Source: Podarcis filfolensis (Eukaryota). From it: a stretch of DNA of 64,000 nt. Under the pieces are notes generated by a model. That model was given only the letters and a program-made list of their open reading frames with translations. It made no database searches and was not told the origin of the DNA. Positions 25,664 to 63,500 of the stretch are shown here, piece by piece; position 1 is the first letter of the stretch, and each line of letters starts with the position of its first letter. The position numbers and the translations under genes are program-made. The stretch lies in assembly GCA_964270895.1 (NCBI GenBank), contig OZ185453.1. The stretch is one strand, 5' to 3'.

Positions 25664-26190
25664 TAATCCTGTTACTTCTTGGGACATCTCCAAATTATTT
25701 ACACTTTTTAATGGGCCCAGGTCCAATGGCCAAGAGAATGAACCACAACAGTGTGATACTAATCAGAAGTAAGCACAATTGAGTTCAATGGGGCTTACTT
25801 CCATTTCAGTTGGGGTTAGGATTGCATCCTTAAATGGGAAGCCCCTGGTTCAGTTCTAGACCTGCCCTGACCCTCAGCCTCCTTCCCTCACATCTCCAAA
25901 TAGGGCAAGGGATAATAATACAGAACTGACCTACCTTCTCATAGGGTGATTCTTAGGACTTCAAAGCACTCCACAAGCTTTAACACTATAAAAACGAAGC
26001 ATCAGAACCTGCCTCACGCCAAGCCAGATGGCGCCTCTAGCTAGCTCAGTGTTGTCCACGGACTGGCAGCTGCCACTCTCCAGGGTTTTGAATGGGGAGC
26101 ATTCCCAGTTCTACCTGCAAAGGTCAGGTGTTGAAACTCGGGAACTTCTCCATGCAAATCACTGAGCTGCAGCATTATGATGATTTAAGC

Positions 26191-26326
26191 CAGTGTTTCC
26201 CAACCTTGGGTCTCCAGCTGCTGTTGGACTACAATTCCCATCATCCCTGACCATTGGTCTTGCTAGCAAGGGATGATGGGAGTTGTAGTCCAAAAACAGC
26301 TGGAGACCCAAGGTTGGGAAACACTG
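26191..26326. mobile_element. hAT MITE (136-bp palindromic)
   Basis: TIR CAGTGTTTCCCAACCTTGGGTCTCCAGCTG; perfect 8-bp TSD ATTTAAGC. Many eroded ggactacaactcccatc copies elsewhere (about 7150, 9470, 12330, 14770, 22740, 28280, 30940, 32880, 56220). Confidence 0.9.
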
Positions 26327-26686
26327 ATTTAAGCCATAACGAGGAATTGCTGTCCAGTGAATCATAGGATCGTGGAATTGTTGAGTTGGAAAGTGACAAG
26401 AGCCATCAAGTCCAAGCCCTGCAATGGACACAGGACTGCAGTTTTTGCAAAGCTTTGTGAGAACTAACTTTCGGGTTCGCCCATCTGCAGGGTGGGATTC
26501 ATATAGTGACCCACCTTGTCAGGCTGGTGGTAACTGATGAAGATGATGATGAAGAAGACTGAGCTGATTAGCGCCCCTCCCCCCATATATATACACAGTA
26601 TATGCATGTATGTTTGTATCTAGCACCTGTCACTCAGACCTTTAGGAAACTTGCTTTTTAAAAGCACAAAACTGCCTTCTGCCTCG

Positions 26687-26717
<31 letters not shown>

Positions 26718-26884
26718 CCGCCCCCCACCCCACGGAGGGGCAGGCCCAGAGGGCGCTCAGCCTCCTCCCCGCCAGCCTCACGTGGTGGAGCAGAAGCAGC
26801 TGGTGCGGTTGGGAAGGGGACGGGCCACGCAGGCGCAAGGGGCATCCCGGAGCCTGGATGGAGCTCACAGGGGCTGGGGGGGCC

Positions 26885-50737
<23,853 letters not shown>

Positions 50738-51624
50738 GGCCAGGCAGAAGTCCAGACGGACTGGTTGCTTGAAGGAAGCAGTCTTCTCGCCTGCACAAGA
50801 TTTCCCTGGCACGGACCTGGTCCCATCACTGGAGTTGACGGGCGGGGGGGGGGAAGGCTGTCTCCCCCAGCTCCTCCCCTAAGTGGACTGCATTGCAGGA
50901 CTGGAGGCAAGAGGCTCTTCTCTCTGGCTGATCACAGTGGGGAAGGGGGAACTGTAAAGCAGGACTGGAACTCAGGAGCCAGGTTCACTCTGTGGTCATT
51001 TCTGAAGCACAGCCAGAAGATTCCCACAATCCCTTGCTGACTCTTTTCCTAGAAGTTGCCTTCTTGGGAGGTCTCCATGGCCACCATCTCCATGTATCCT
51101 TGACTGATGCGGTTTGACTTTTAAGAATTCATTGTGGTACTTCCTTGCCAGTTTCTCCCCCTGCCCTCTGCTCCCCATCGTTTCTAACTGGTGGGCAAAG
51201 AGAGTGGCTGTGAAGCTCCCAGCATGTGTGGGTTTGCGAGAGGCTCAGTATGTGAGCAGAGTGTGAATGATGAAAAGGAAGAAGTGTGTGGATGTTCTAG
51301 CAAGAAAGCTGGGAAGGGCAGCTCTTTGTGGGGTGGCAGAGAGACGCGGCAGGTCCTGGCTGGTGCCCCTACCCTGTCCAAATTTCCATGCCAATGAATT
51401 GCAGGAAAAGTGACAATGAATGTGTGCAAAGTGACATGACCGTGGGCTGGAGGTCCAGCCGTGGCACTCTTTGGAGGGAATGAGAGAAGGTAGCTGATGC
51501 AGGAAGCAGTAGAAATGTATAGGCAGTGGGGGTGAAAATTCGTTTTTCTGGCTTGGCTGATGTCTCTGCACTTCACAGGCATTTGCAGGCAGGTTTCTGC
51601 CAGCAACTTTGTGGTTAAGAGTTG

Positions 51625-51630
51625 AATAAA
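51625..51630 (+). terminator. Candidate SRPK3 polyadenylation signal
   Basis: First AATAAA after the stop (about 890 nt downstream); an ATTAAA at 52766-52771 is an alternative. Confidence 0.45.
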
Positions 51631-54097
51631 TGGGCCCCTCCTCTACCCCAAGAGTCCTTTGTGAGTCCTTTCCCCTGCTGCCTAGGCATGGGTCATGGCC
51701 CTTAACATGCTTTACTTTAGCCAGGAGTTGCTCACAAATTTGGTATTCTAAGAATCTCAGAAGTTTTTTAAACAAACAAGTTTCTAACCCTTGTCATTGC
51801 TAAGGAAAGATTTTTGCAAAGGGAAAGTCTCTAAGGGCAGCTTTCAATAGCTGGGTTTTTTTGTATGTTGTGAAGTCTCTTCTCCCCCATTTCTAATTGT
51901 CTTTTAGTCCTATTTTGCCTCTGTTTCCTTTTTCACTCCAGTTTGAGGTGAATGGGAATCATACTGAATTTCACCCACTACCCTAGCTGGTGGGAGAAAG
52001 CAAGCTAGGTGTGTGTGTGTGTGTGTGTCTTTACCCACCTACTACTCCCCACAATGCGTATTTTGGAACGGCTGGCATTGTTGCTCTCTCAAACTGCTAC
52101 TACAGCTCCTGCTCTCCCCCCCCCCCCCACGTTTCCTGACACTTTTGCTACCTGTGGTCAGTTTTCATTATTATAAGGCAGAGTGTAGCTGCTCCAAAAA
52201 GCTTGACACTGTTCCAAGCTACTTTTGTGCCTTTAGGAAGAAGCTTATCTACTGTTCGTGGTGAAAGATTGAATGGTGTGGGAGTGCCCCTGTAGCATTT
52301 TCCCCAAAACATTTTGGGTTCAGAAAAGGAGGAACCACAACCAGAGGAAAGACACAGAACAGGAGGAGGAAAAAGATGTGTGGAGCTAGGCTTAAACCCA
52401 AAGTCCCAAGTTCTGATGCCTGTCCCATGGCTATAGCACTGGAACCCAGAGTTGTGGTTGGCTCTTGCATTCTGCAGCCTCATACTATAAACGGGGAGGT
52501 GGTGTTGGGGAAGCCTCCTAGGTATGGCAGACAACTGGTCACAGTGCTGCCCAAGACTGGTGTCTTTAAACCAAAGTTGTGGTGCAAGAGAACTGGGCAT
52601 CGGGAGAGGGAAGCAATACTGTTGCCTTGCACTGCAGTCTCTGGAACAAGAAACCCTGCCCTTGCATTAGGGTGTTGCCCATGTTGGGGAGTGTGTGTGT
52701 GTTTGTGTGTGTGTGTGTTTTGAAGGCCCTTCTACTGTTCCAGGGATTTGAGTTCAAGACTTTTCATTAAAATGTTTGCAATAGCCTCTGCCTCCTCCTC
52801 CTTTCTAAGGACAAAGTTGGGTTTAGGAAGACCACACTGGAGGAGAACCTCTTGAGGATCAGGTTCTCAACTCCTGTGAGGGGAAAGGGGTTAGAGTTAC
52901 TCCCTCTAAGGAAAGTTGTTCTTCTACTTCCCTTCTGGGATTGATATCTTGGGTGTGCAGTGCTATGGAGGGAGGGTGGTGGTAAAAGTTCACACTGCCA
53001 CAGAGTAGAATGGAAGTTCAGAACAAAACGCACCTTGAGAAATATCAGCCCCGTGTTGTAAAAGAAAAAGCAAACTTAGAAGGTGCCCAATACACCAGGG
53101 ATGGGGAGCCTCTCCCAGCCCAGGGCCACACACACTTCCAAGGGCTGGGCTGGAAGCAGCGCAGGGAGTCAGAGGCAAAGTTGACAGAGCAACCGATGTG
53201 ACTCTTACCTTAGGTGGACTGTCACCTACTGCACCTGTGTGAAGTCAGAAGTTTCTACATACACACCTCTACAGCCAGACACATGAGCCATTATTGCAGT
53301 TCCAGGGACACATTCCAGCTGGGCAAAAGCACTCAAGGACAGAGCAGGTCTGGTATGGGATGCAGCCTGGTGGAGAGTTCTGGAGGACTAGAGTGCCACA
53401 TCCAGCCTGTGGGCCTGAAATTTACCACACCCAAGACAGCTCAGCAAGGTCTGCATGAACCTAACCATTTACCAGGAAGTTGCTTTCTGTATAGACCTCT
53501 CCTGCTGCCCTGGAGTGCATGTTTCTAGTCCCTGACTGTAAAGATGGGATTTTAAGTCTAGGCAGTGCTTGATTGGGGGCAAAGCATTAGTGGGCTGCAG
53601 CTCTTTAGTGCTCCCCACTGCTAGCAGCAGCAGAAGTCATGCTGCTTGCAGAATTTTGCTTTTATATCACCATTCTCTTTGGCATTCACAAAATCCATTG
53701 AAAATTAAGTGTGTCTTTCTGTACTGTGTTGGAACAAAGGGATGTGCACCTGTAGACAAAGGAAAACCTGCTTTTTAAAAAATTGACACCATCTTAGATT
53801 CCAATCTGCAGGTGCTGTGGTGGTAGGTTATACTGCAGGAAGAAGCCAGCTCCCTTCCCTAACTAGGGGAGTCTGGCCCTTGCATTTGGCTGCTGCCTTA
53901 GGCGGTCCTTGATTGTAAGTTCCTTCAGTGTAAGTCACCAGGATCCTTCCCTACGATAAAAACCATGCTCCATAGCCCCAAACTTCCCTCTCCCCTGCTG
54001 CTCTCTCTCACCACACCATTAATCCACTTAGCTGTGCTTATCTACTAGTCAGCCTAAAAGCAGGAGACACAGAGACATGATAGGCCTCACATTTCCA

Positions 54098-54103
54098 TTT
54101 ATT
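54098..54103 (-). terminator. Candidate IDH3G polyadenylation signal
   Basis: tttatt on + = AATAAA on -, about 440 nt beyond the putative stop at 54543. Confidence 0.5.
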
Positions 54104-54542
54104 TCCCTTTAGTGAGGTGGGTATGAATTGCCATCTTACACACTATATACAGAAGATGGGAGTTTGTGCTTGGCTAGTTCACAATGGAACAGTCTGTTCT
54201 AGTCACAGGCAGCAGAGTTGCTCCGGCCTCTTTTTAGGCAGACAGGAGTATTTGTTTCAGTTGAAGCTCAAACGGCTATTGAGCCTGGTTCTTTGGCTTC
54301 AGAATGTCACTAAAAAACAACAACAGGCAAAGGTAAAAAGAATTGAATGGTCTTTAGCAAAGCTAGCTACACAGACTAAGAACTATTTATATTCCATTCT
54401 CCCCAACCTCACACTGGTTAATCACTAAAATTCCCATTTTGTAAAGAGGCAAAGCCTAAGGCAGGGACAAGTGAAGTTTAAAGCTTCTCGGCTTCAGTTG
54501 CAGGAGGATCCTTCGTGTCCACGCAGCCCCTAAATTCTGCTG

Positions 54543-54593
54543 CTACCAGTGCCCACTAAGCCCCTGCCCTTCCTTCTGCTTTACATCCAGTCC
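54543..54593 (-). CDS. IDH3G: IDH3G putative extra terminal exon 14
   Basis: tctgcctttag|[16 protein letters not shown]; phase 0 matches the exon 13 donor. Confidence 0.5.
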   Translation of the reverse strand, partial: GLDVKQKEGQGLSGHW

Positions 54594-57500
54594 CTAAAGG
54601 CAGAAGCTGCTCAGTAAGGACAAGTAAGTACAATCATACAAAAACATTGGTATGATGACATTTCTTGAAACCTTGGGAAAAGGTTTCAAGAAGTCTGCAC
54701 TTAATCAAAATCTTGTAACTTCCCTTCCTCACCTTCCACTTCAACCCTCCCCCCCCCCTTTGAGAGCTGCAAACCTGCCACCTTCCAAAACAACTCACCT
54801 GTGCCAGGTTCGGGTTAGATTTTTTGATCTGTTGCAGGATGGACTGAACAGCCGCTGAGGTTGTACCCTGGCCCCCAATATCTGGTGTGTGAGTCTGGAG
54901 AGGAAAAAGAAAGAAAAAGCTGTATTAAGCCACCTTCACTCACAACCGTCCCTTCACAGTCTTCAGTTTAGTTAACTAGCAGTCTGTCTTCAAACTTGGG
55001 AGCCAAGAACCCCCTTCAGCCCAAACATGCATTTTGGGACCTTCATTTTTTTACCGTTTAATTTAGCTGTAAACACTGTTGCAAGCCACTAGAACATTTG
55101 GTGTATCTGCACTGCAATTATCCCTTTGTCCCAGCAAAACACTGGAAACTGCAGTTCCCAAAGGGATGGGAGAGCTAGAGATATCGCCAAGTTAAAAACT
55201 ATTTCCCATGGCATCCACAAATGAAAATGCCAAATAGGCAACAGACGTTTGTAGTGAAGATGGGCTACCTACTCAAAGTGTAAGGACAGTTACCAAGGGA
55301 GACCCACATGCAGACGCATACATACATGCTGTGGTTGTGCACATATGATGGTGCACTCTTGGAAACCTGTAGCTCTTGACCAATTGAAGGGATAGACTAT
55401 TCCGCCCAACCCTCTTTCCACAATGCCACCAACTTGATACTTCTGCTCCCCCACTGTACCAACTGACACAAACTTCTTCATTTACTTCTCACTACAAGTC
55501 CCTGCGTTGCTGTACAAGTCATGGCCATGTTCTCTGATCCAACTGCACCCTCAGTAGGGCACATGGACTAGTACCTGCTCAGCCACCCTTGTCATGCCTT
55601 AGGGATCTTTAGAGACTCATGGGCCCAATGGCTGCATCCTTCACACTTGCTCTAGGAATCATTTAGACCTGCTCCCTTGAAAGCATGACTTGAAATGGCA
55701 AGTCACATTTTGGGTTCCCTCCAAAACAAACAAGAAATCAATCTGAGATATTTGACAATGGTTTTTAAGTCCTCTGCTGGTATGTACAGACCCAAGAAGA
55801 ACACCCAGTGACCTTAGCTAACAGCCCATATCCCCAATTCTCTTGATAGGCCACTGGCCTGGGAAGGGAATAATCAACTCACTTCTGCTTCGTCCATAGA
55901 GGCCAGAACTGCCTTGCGGATAATTGATGCATGGCTGTGCAGTCTGCAATGAACAACAGAGCGAAGTGGTGAGAAACAGCAGCACAAATGCAGTCTCTCT
56001 TCCCCCACCCTCCCCTATTATGATGGAAGAATCTGCCACTGAGACAGACATTTCATTTTTGTCTCACACTTTCCCCAAGACGATCAGGCAAGTGTGCAGT
56101 AGCTCCCACATTTTAGATACATCTCTCCACCTAGTGTCACCCAATAATTTAGTGGCTGAGTAGATATTTGAACTTGGGAATGCCTAGAGCAGGTGAAGAG
56201 AATCTTTGTTCCCCCCAGATGTTGCTGAACTACAACTCCCATCAGCCACAGCAAGCACCGTCAGGGGTGATGACGGCAACATCTGGAGGGCCAAAGGATC
56301 CACAAACCCATCCTAGAGGCTAACCCACTATGCCACGTTGGCTCTCATAGTTGGGAAATGGGGAAACAGTTGCGGCAGTTGTATTAGGCAGTGGCGGCGG
56401 CTGAGACAGGGAAAGGGGTATGCGCACGTACTTGAGGTGGTCCAGCATCATGCAGCTGGCGAGCAGCATGGCTGTGGGGTTGGCAATGTTCTTGCCAGCA
56501 ATGCTCTTGCCAGTATTGCGCGTGGCCTGAAGAGGGAGAAAAGAGAGATAAGGCATTGAGAGAGCAGGCTATATTGTCTGAGGGAGCAAGAGGGTTTCCA
56601 AAATGAAAGAAACCAACATAGAATAATGGAGAGGCAAAGATACAAGTGGCCTGTTTTTTTGCTGGTGTGTTCTGCTCTCTTCCATCTCCCTCAGTTTTCT
56701 TCCAGGCGATGCTTATTGGAGAGATCCTGGTGCTCAGGCCCATCTGGAAGCCAAAGCCTCTGCCTTAGGAGCCCTTTCTCACTCAGTCAAGTAGCATTCC
56801 TGCCCTCGGTGCTTCTTAATCACAACCCCACTTTACCGGGGCCCGACATCTACCACCCTCTCAAAAACTCACCGTTTCAAAAACTGCATAATCACGCCCG
56901 TAATTGGCACCTGGCACCAGGCCCGGGCCCCCAACCAGTCCAGCACAGACGTTGTTGACAATGTTGCCGTAGAGGTTAGGCATAACCATGACATCAAACT
57001 GCTGTGGACGGGACACCAGCTAGGAAAATCAGAGACAGCAGTGAGTGTAAAGGTGAGAGTAGTGATTCATGTCCCCTCCTCTCCCCACCCATCCCAGCCA
57101 CAACAGAACAGTAATGTAGTTTCAGGTCTGCCTGGAAGCTTTCATAAAAGCACTCCTAATTTAAACAATTTCTCTGAATGATCTGCAAAAGTCACATATT
57201 CTAAACAGAAAGTTACATTATTAGCCAACCTGTTTTCCCTCCAAAGTAAATCCTGAGAAATGTCTTCCGTTTCCTTTATAACAATTGCTTTGACTATTAC
57301 AAAACTTGACATTTCCAGTTCTCGTGATTCTATTTAAAAAAAAACAAACAAAACAAAAACCCCCAAAGTTATGCTTGTGGGCACAAAATGCTGGGACCGA
57401 CTCCTGTGCATGTTTAATCCATGTGAATGGATTAAGGTGGTAATCTGAAAGGGACTTACGGTGGGAATCCCTGAACAGCACTGCCAAAGAGAATGAAGAA

Positions 57501-60500
57501 CACAAAGATTTGAGCTGTCTACAAAGAAGACTCAGGTGTCCTGTGTTTGAAATGGCAGCTAGACATAAGACTAGAACATCCAAGTACCTGCATAGTAGTG
57601 TTGTCAACAATCATGCTCTCAAATGTGATGTTTGGGAAGCCAGCTGCCACCTCTTTGCAGCACTGCAGGAAAAGGCCATCACCCAGCTTCCTAATATGGG
57701 AGAAAAAGAGGGGAAATTTCAGCCAGAGCTGCAGCAAAGGCACCACAAACTGTAGAGGCAGCAAATGTTTGTGGTATTCCTGAACAAGAGCAGAAAGGTC
57801 TCTGATGCTAGCATACAGTCAGGCCTGTACAGTCTACCTCTTCCACACAGAACAGAAACCTGATCCCTGACTTGACAGCCTAGGAATAAAATTTCACGGA
57901 ACAATGGCCTGATTTGCAGGGTGCATAAATAAGAATTGAGGCATCTCCTACTGGGCACAAGTTGTGGCACACTTTACACCACTGAGCCAGAAAACCACCA
58001 CCCCCAGATACATCCATTCCTGCTCCCACACATGTACGCTGAAGAAAGGCCTACATGTCCCCTAACGTACATGATGTTTGCCTTGTGGACGGCGGTCACC
58101 TTCTTGCGCCCAGCTTCATGCGCCAGCTTGAAGGCGTATTCTGCGATGCGCAGTGACTTGGTCTTTGTGATGATCTTGAGGCTCTCCACTACACCAGAGA
58201 CGCTCTGGAGGGGGCAGGGGCAGAACAGGCAAAATCAAAACTCCTAGTTTCTACCTCTAGCTCAGTTGGGACTGGGTGGGAAATGATGTCCTACTTGGAG
58301 GGATTGCCAGTTTTAGGAAACCAACTTTCTGCTTGTGGTTTTCCCCTATGATGTATCATAGAACCCTGGTTAGAGGCCATCTATTTAACTGAGAAAGAGC
58401 TGCAGGCTTCGCCTGTTTTTTTCACACCCATACGAGACAAAGCAAATGTCTGTGAGTGAGTGAGTGAATATGCTAGTATGGAGGAGCTTTTACAGAGCCA
58501 GTCCCTGTGACTGAAAAAAGCCACTTGCCAGCATCTTGGTTTTTGTCAGGAGGAACCATTTGGAAGTACGCAATCACAGGAAGGAATCCCTGGAATGGAA
58601 GGATGAGAGCTAGACTGAACCCCTGGACTGTCAGTTGCTGGCCACCATCATACAATCTTTGACACCTCACTAAAAGGTCACTTGCCATATAGCAGGACTA
58701 TCCCATCACCATTCAATCCTGATCATGATATGCCACAAGCAGAGAGTCAGTATGCTTTAGAAGGAAAGGGAAGGAAAGGAAAGGAAAAAAGCCCACCTGG
58801 AGAGGAAACAGCACTGCCCCAATGCAAATAGGGTTGAGGAGGGAGGGGGATTTAGGGAGAAATAAAGAGAGCAAAGGTGGTTGCCTCTGCTAACTAGCAC
58901 CTCGTGCTCCAGGCTGCTGTATTCTCCCTCCGTGTTCTCTCGGACTATGAGTATGTCGATGTCATGGTGCCTGGTTGCCACTCCCCGAAGGCTCTTGCAG
59001 TGAATCACATTAGCAAACAGATCCAGATTTGTGCTGTGGAATCAGAGAGGGAAAGGAAAAGGTCACAGATTCTACTCAGAATAACAACTGTTGTGATTCT
59101 GTGTACTTCAGAAAGCACAATTGTTCCTTTTGCCCCAGATCCACCTTCTCCCTAGTTTTGCCAATTGCCTTAACAAGAGTATCGTGTTGCTAGGAGAGAT
59201 GAACCTCATATGCTATGGATGATGACCAACCCACATCATTGGAAATGAGATTCTGTGGCACACCTGGATGGGAGCAGGAGGGCTGATGGGTCTGGCTGTG
59301 ATGCAGGGTCACACCCAACCAGCAAGAATGCTGCCACTTGCTTTTCCAATGTGCTTTCCAGCTCAGCAGACCAGAAGCAAAACCACACCAAGGAACAGAG
59401 GGCAGAGCTGCATATAATGTGTGGGTAGCATACTAGAGTAACACATCAGTCCTGTGACTTGTGGCATCACTATGGGAAGCAATACAGAAATTAAGACTAC
59501 TGGCCTCATTTACATACTTCCTTCCACTTCCACTATTTTTTTAAAGCCTCTAGACAGGGGTAGAAAATGGAAATTAATGGTTGTATATGGACTAAACCAC
59601 ACTCCCAACTCTTAGGCTCTGCTTGGCAACTGGGCTAAGCCTCTCTCTCAACTCACCGCATTATGTTGTTCCGGGACTTGTGAGAAGGTGGTAAGTTATG
59701 GTTCGTCTCGATATTTCCTATAAAGCCAGGAAAAGAGAACCAGTTAATAAGAGGATCCACTCCCTGGCCCTAGTAAACACACCAATCTGGGGCAATCTGA
59801 AAATTGCAGCTATATAAATTGTCCTCTTTCCTGATGGGTTGGAAACAAACGTGGATAAAATATCAAGCCTGGGAAATCTGGATTCAGATTCCACAGCAGT
59901 CAGACATGTACTGAGAGGCTGTTAGTTTCAGTTCCTCCATCCACAAAATGGGAATAAGCAGCACCAGTTTTCCAGAGCTATCACAAGGATGCAATATTAG
60001 ATATAGGTTTAAATGCAGCAGAGTATTGGACTACGACCTAAGAGACCAGGGTTCAACTCCTCACTCTGCAATGAAGCTCACTGGGTAACCTTGGGCCAGT
60101 CACCATCTCTTAGCCTAACCTACCTCACAGGGTTGTTGTGAGGATGAAATGGGGAGGAGGAGAACCATGCACACCATCTTGAGCTCCTTGGAAGACAGAG
60201 ATGGTATATAAATGTAATTAAAAAATAAGCATCTTCAAATACTGTTAAGGCGAAACCTAGAATAGGCTCATTTTGGACTGAAGAGGGAAGAAGGGAAGAA
60301 GGAAAGGGGACCAGATGAATCCAAAATGTGGATTTGGAAAATAAATAGATACTGGCCTTTACTAAGCCCATGCAGCCCAGTATAACAAATCTGCCCTTTC
60401 CAACCGCCCCCTGAAAAGATACACAGGACACCCCTTTCTCCTCCTTTCGACTTCACTTGATGCAGAACTTGGCACAATTCTGCATGCTGTGAAAAGCAAA

Positions 60501-63500
60501 GGATCACCTTTGAGGGCCACACGGTTGCGCCGGATGGCCATGAGAGCATTCTGCATGTCCTCTTCAGATCCCTCTGAGCTGACCAAAACTTCCTCAAAGT
60601 CCACAGGCACAGTGGCATGCCTGGGGTAGAGAGAAGAGAAGGGTGGGGCAGTCAAGGTGAATTCCAGCCATGGCTTTGAGAGGCAAAAAGGTCAGTGCAC
60701 ACAAGCAGGCCTTCTGGGTCTTATGCACAGCTCTGGAGAGGCACACAGAGAGGAAATTTGTACCTGAACACCTCCTTGACATGAAGCATAAGCTCCGGCC
60801 CAATACCATCTCCAGGAATCATTGTCACAGTATGGCGTCCCCCATATTTGGCTGGGGGAGGCTGTGGAGAAAGAGGTGCAGGTTTAGGCAGTTTAGAACA
60901 AAATCTTGCAAATCGTAATCCTTTCGGCTAGGCCACACCCCTGCCCAGGAATCTTAGGAGGCCTTTGTTCTCAGTAACTACACATCCCTGCCGTGTTCAT
61001 CTAGGCCAATGCCTTTCAGACAAGCCTCCAAAGAACCCTTTCCACACTGACATGCAGAGTCTGCCATGAAATGCCCCCACCCACACTGCAGAGGGTTCTG
61101 GGGCATTTTCTAAGTCACCCACTCAGTTTGCATGGAGTGTTTGGTCAGGCCTACTGGGCTTCACTGTCACCCCTTGCTAACTAGGGGGAGCATCCTAGAA
61201 CGTGCTCAGCACTTCCCTATGCCTACACAAAGCATGGAAGGCAAACAAGCTGGTTCACCCTTATGGATCTTCCTTCCCTATGAGGAACCCCTGACAAGCT
61301 TCTGATGATCAGGAGAGCTTAAAAACAACAAGGGTATAGATTCTTTGTTCAAAGTGAAGAATGAAACCCCGAGAGTCCTAGATCCCAGCCAGGTAACACC
61401 GGCTGCTCTATTCTAACCAGCAGACCACCCCATTCTCACCTCATTCTTTTAGCTTGCTACTCTACATTCAACCAGCACTGTCATGATATTCTCAATTGCC
61501 TTGAATTTTAGCCACTCTGACCTTTGGTTTCCAGTGGTAAATATAGACACTAGTATTCCCAACTCTAGCTTATCAAACCCCATTCAGGAGACGGTGTTTC
61601 CAAAACCAAATTGAAGAAATGTTTAAGCCTACTATTTCCAACTTGGGAGAGGAGGCTAAAGAATAACTTAGGACTAACGGTCCATATATTCTAGCTCAGT
61701 AGTGTCAGTCTTAGCAACCACTCTTTGCCAGTTACCATCCAGCTTGGGACATTTGCAGCCTGGTGAATACTTGATAATTGGAATAGGAGACTTAAACCCA
61801 TTGGCTGTAACTCCAAGTTTAAAACTGAAATGGTAGGAAAACTACTTACAATAGTCTGTTGCTGTAGCCAATGTATCAGGAACAGATATTGGGAAGATGG
61901 GAAAGGAAGAAAAAAGAACAGGAGTTTCACAGGCAGCAGTGTAAAAAAAAAATTATTGTTAACCAAACATTTGCCAAGATCCTTCATCTAGCATTTTAAC
62001 CAGCAGAGTGCTTTACAATCTCTTAGGTCCTTAGAGCCATTATAGTACTGCGATTTACAGAGTGTGACTTCCTCTGTGTGCTGCAACAGTCAAAGATTTC
62101 TTTCATTTTAAAACAAATATGACCAGGATTCTAATCCTCACGGACACCAGCTTTAGTGAACAGGGAAGCCAGAGTGTATTAAGGACTACAAGACCAAACT
62201 TCCAAGGGTCCAGAAAGTATATCTGGTGCCTCTGAAATGTTATCCACAGATCTTTTTAATTTTTCCATGTATTTTGGAAAGTTAGTTGCTTGCTATGCAT
62301 TTGGATACCTCTTCAAGATATCATAACCAAATTTTGCACAACAGTTTGTGAATCAAGGAGCAGGTTTTCATCTATGTTGTGATAAAATTGGATGCCATTT
62401 TGAATCAAGATAATGGACTGAACCTTTGAAAACTGCACTGATTTTAACCATTGATTTTAAAAGGTACAAGGCTGTTAGTACCTTGTAATTTCCCTACACA
62501 GTTAATAAGTCAGAATTATTACTCCAATTGAACAGAGAGAAGACATGGAAAAGGCAGGTCAATATGGCAGAGCCCATTAGAACATCTTCCTCCAAGAGGA
62601 GAAACTGTCCTAGATTGCAACATTTTGTTTGCATACCAGATTTGATCCCAACTCCTCAGGTGCCCAATCAGTAAAGAGATTAGAAACAGATGTCACATCA
62701 GGACCATTTACATCCCGCATCTGTCCATAGACAGCTGTCAGTGAATTTGTGGGGGAAATAATGTACAAGAGAACACAAGAGTGCCTCCCCTAAAATCTCT
62801 CTGTGACAAAGGATGGCAAGCACAAGCGATACAAACCGAGGCCACATTCCTGCGACTGCCATCTGTTAGAGCCTGCACCTGTGAGGGAGAGAGAAAAACA
62901 GCATAGCTAAGGAAGGTGATTTGGGGAATCCAGAAATAAAGGATTCTTACAAGACAGGAATGAAACACTAGGTGTCCTGCCTGACTCTGTGAAATTCCAG
63001 GTTTGAGCGAGATCTTTCATTTACTCCCCTTTGCCAGAAGCTAGAGATGGATATTTGCTCTGTCAAAGCGTTCTTGCTCAACTGTCCCATCAAAAATGAT
63101 CAAATATTTAATGCTAATGAAGGGTTCAAATCCACATTCTGCTGTGACGCTCACTGGGTGACTGTGGGCCAACCTCTCAACCTCTCACAGGGTTGCTGTT
63201 GTGAGAATAAATGGGGAGCAACAGAAAAAGTGTGAACCACCTTGTGCTCCCTGGATGAAAGGTGGGAGATAAATGCAATTAATAAAGAAGTCTGTATGAA
63301 AGCAATGGGGGGCAGTTATTCCAGACTCATTACTACAGAGGTTACTAATCATCATTATCATCATCTCGTGCAAACGGGGCTGTTTCCTTTCCTTTAATTT
63401 CCTTGGTTGTGCTTTTAGCCCTTTAATTCTTCTCTCCTAGTCTCATATCTATCGCCCAATCAAAATTATCTGCTACGCAACGAGTCCCAAAGGAAGCGCC

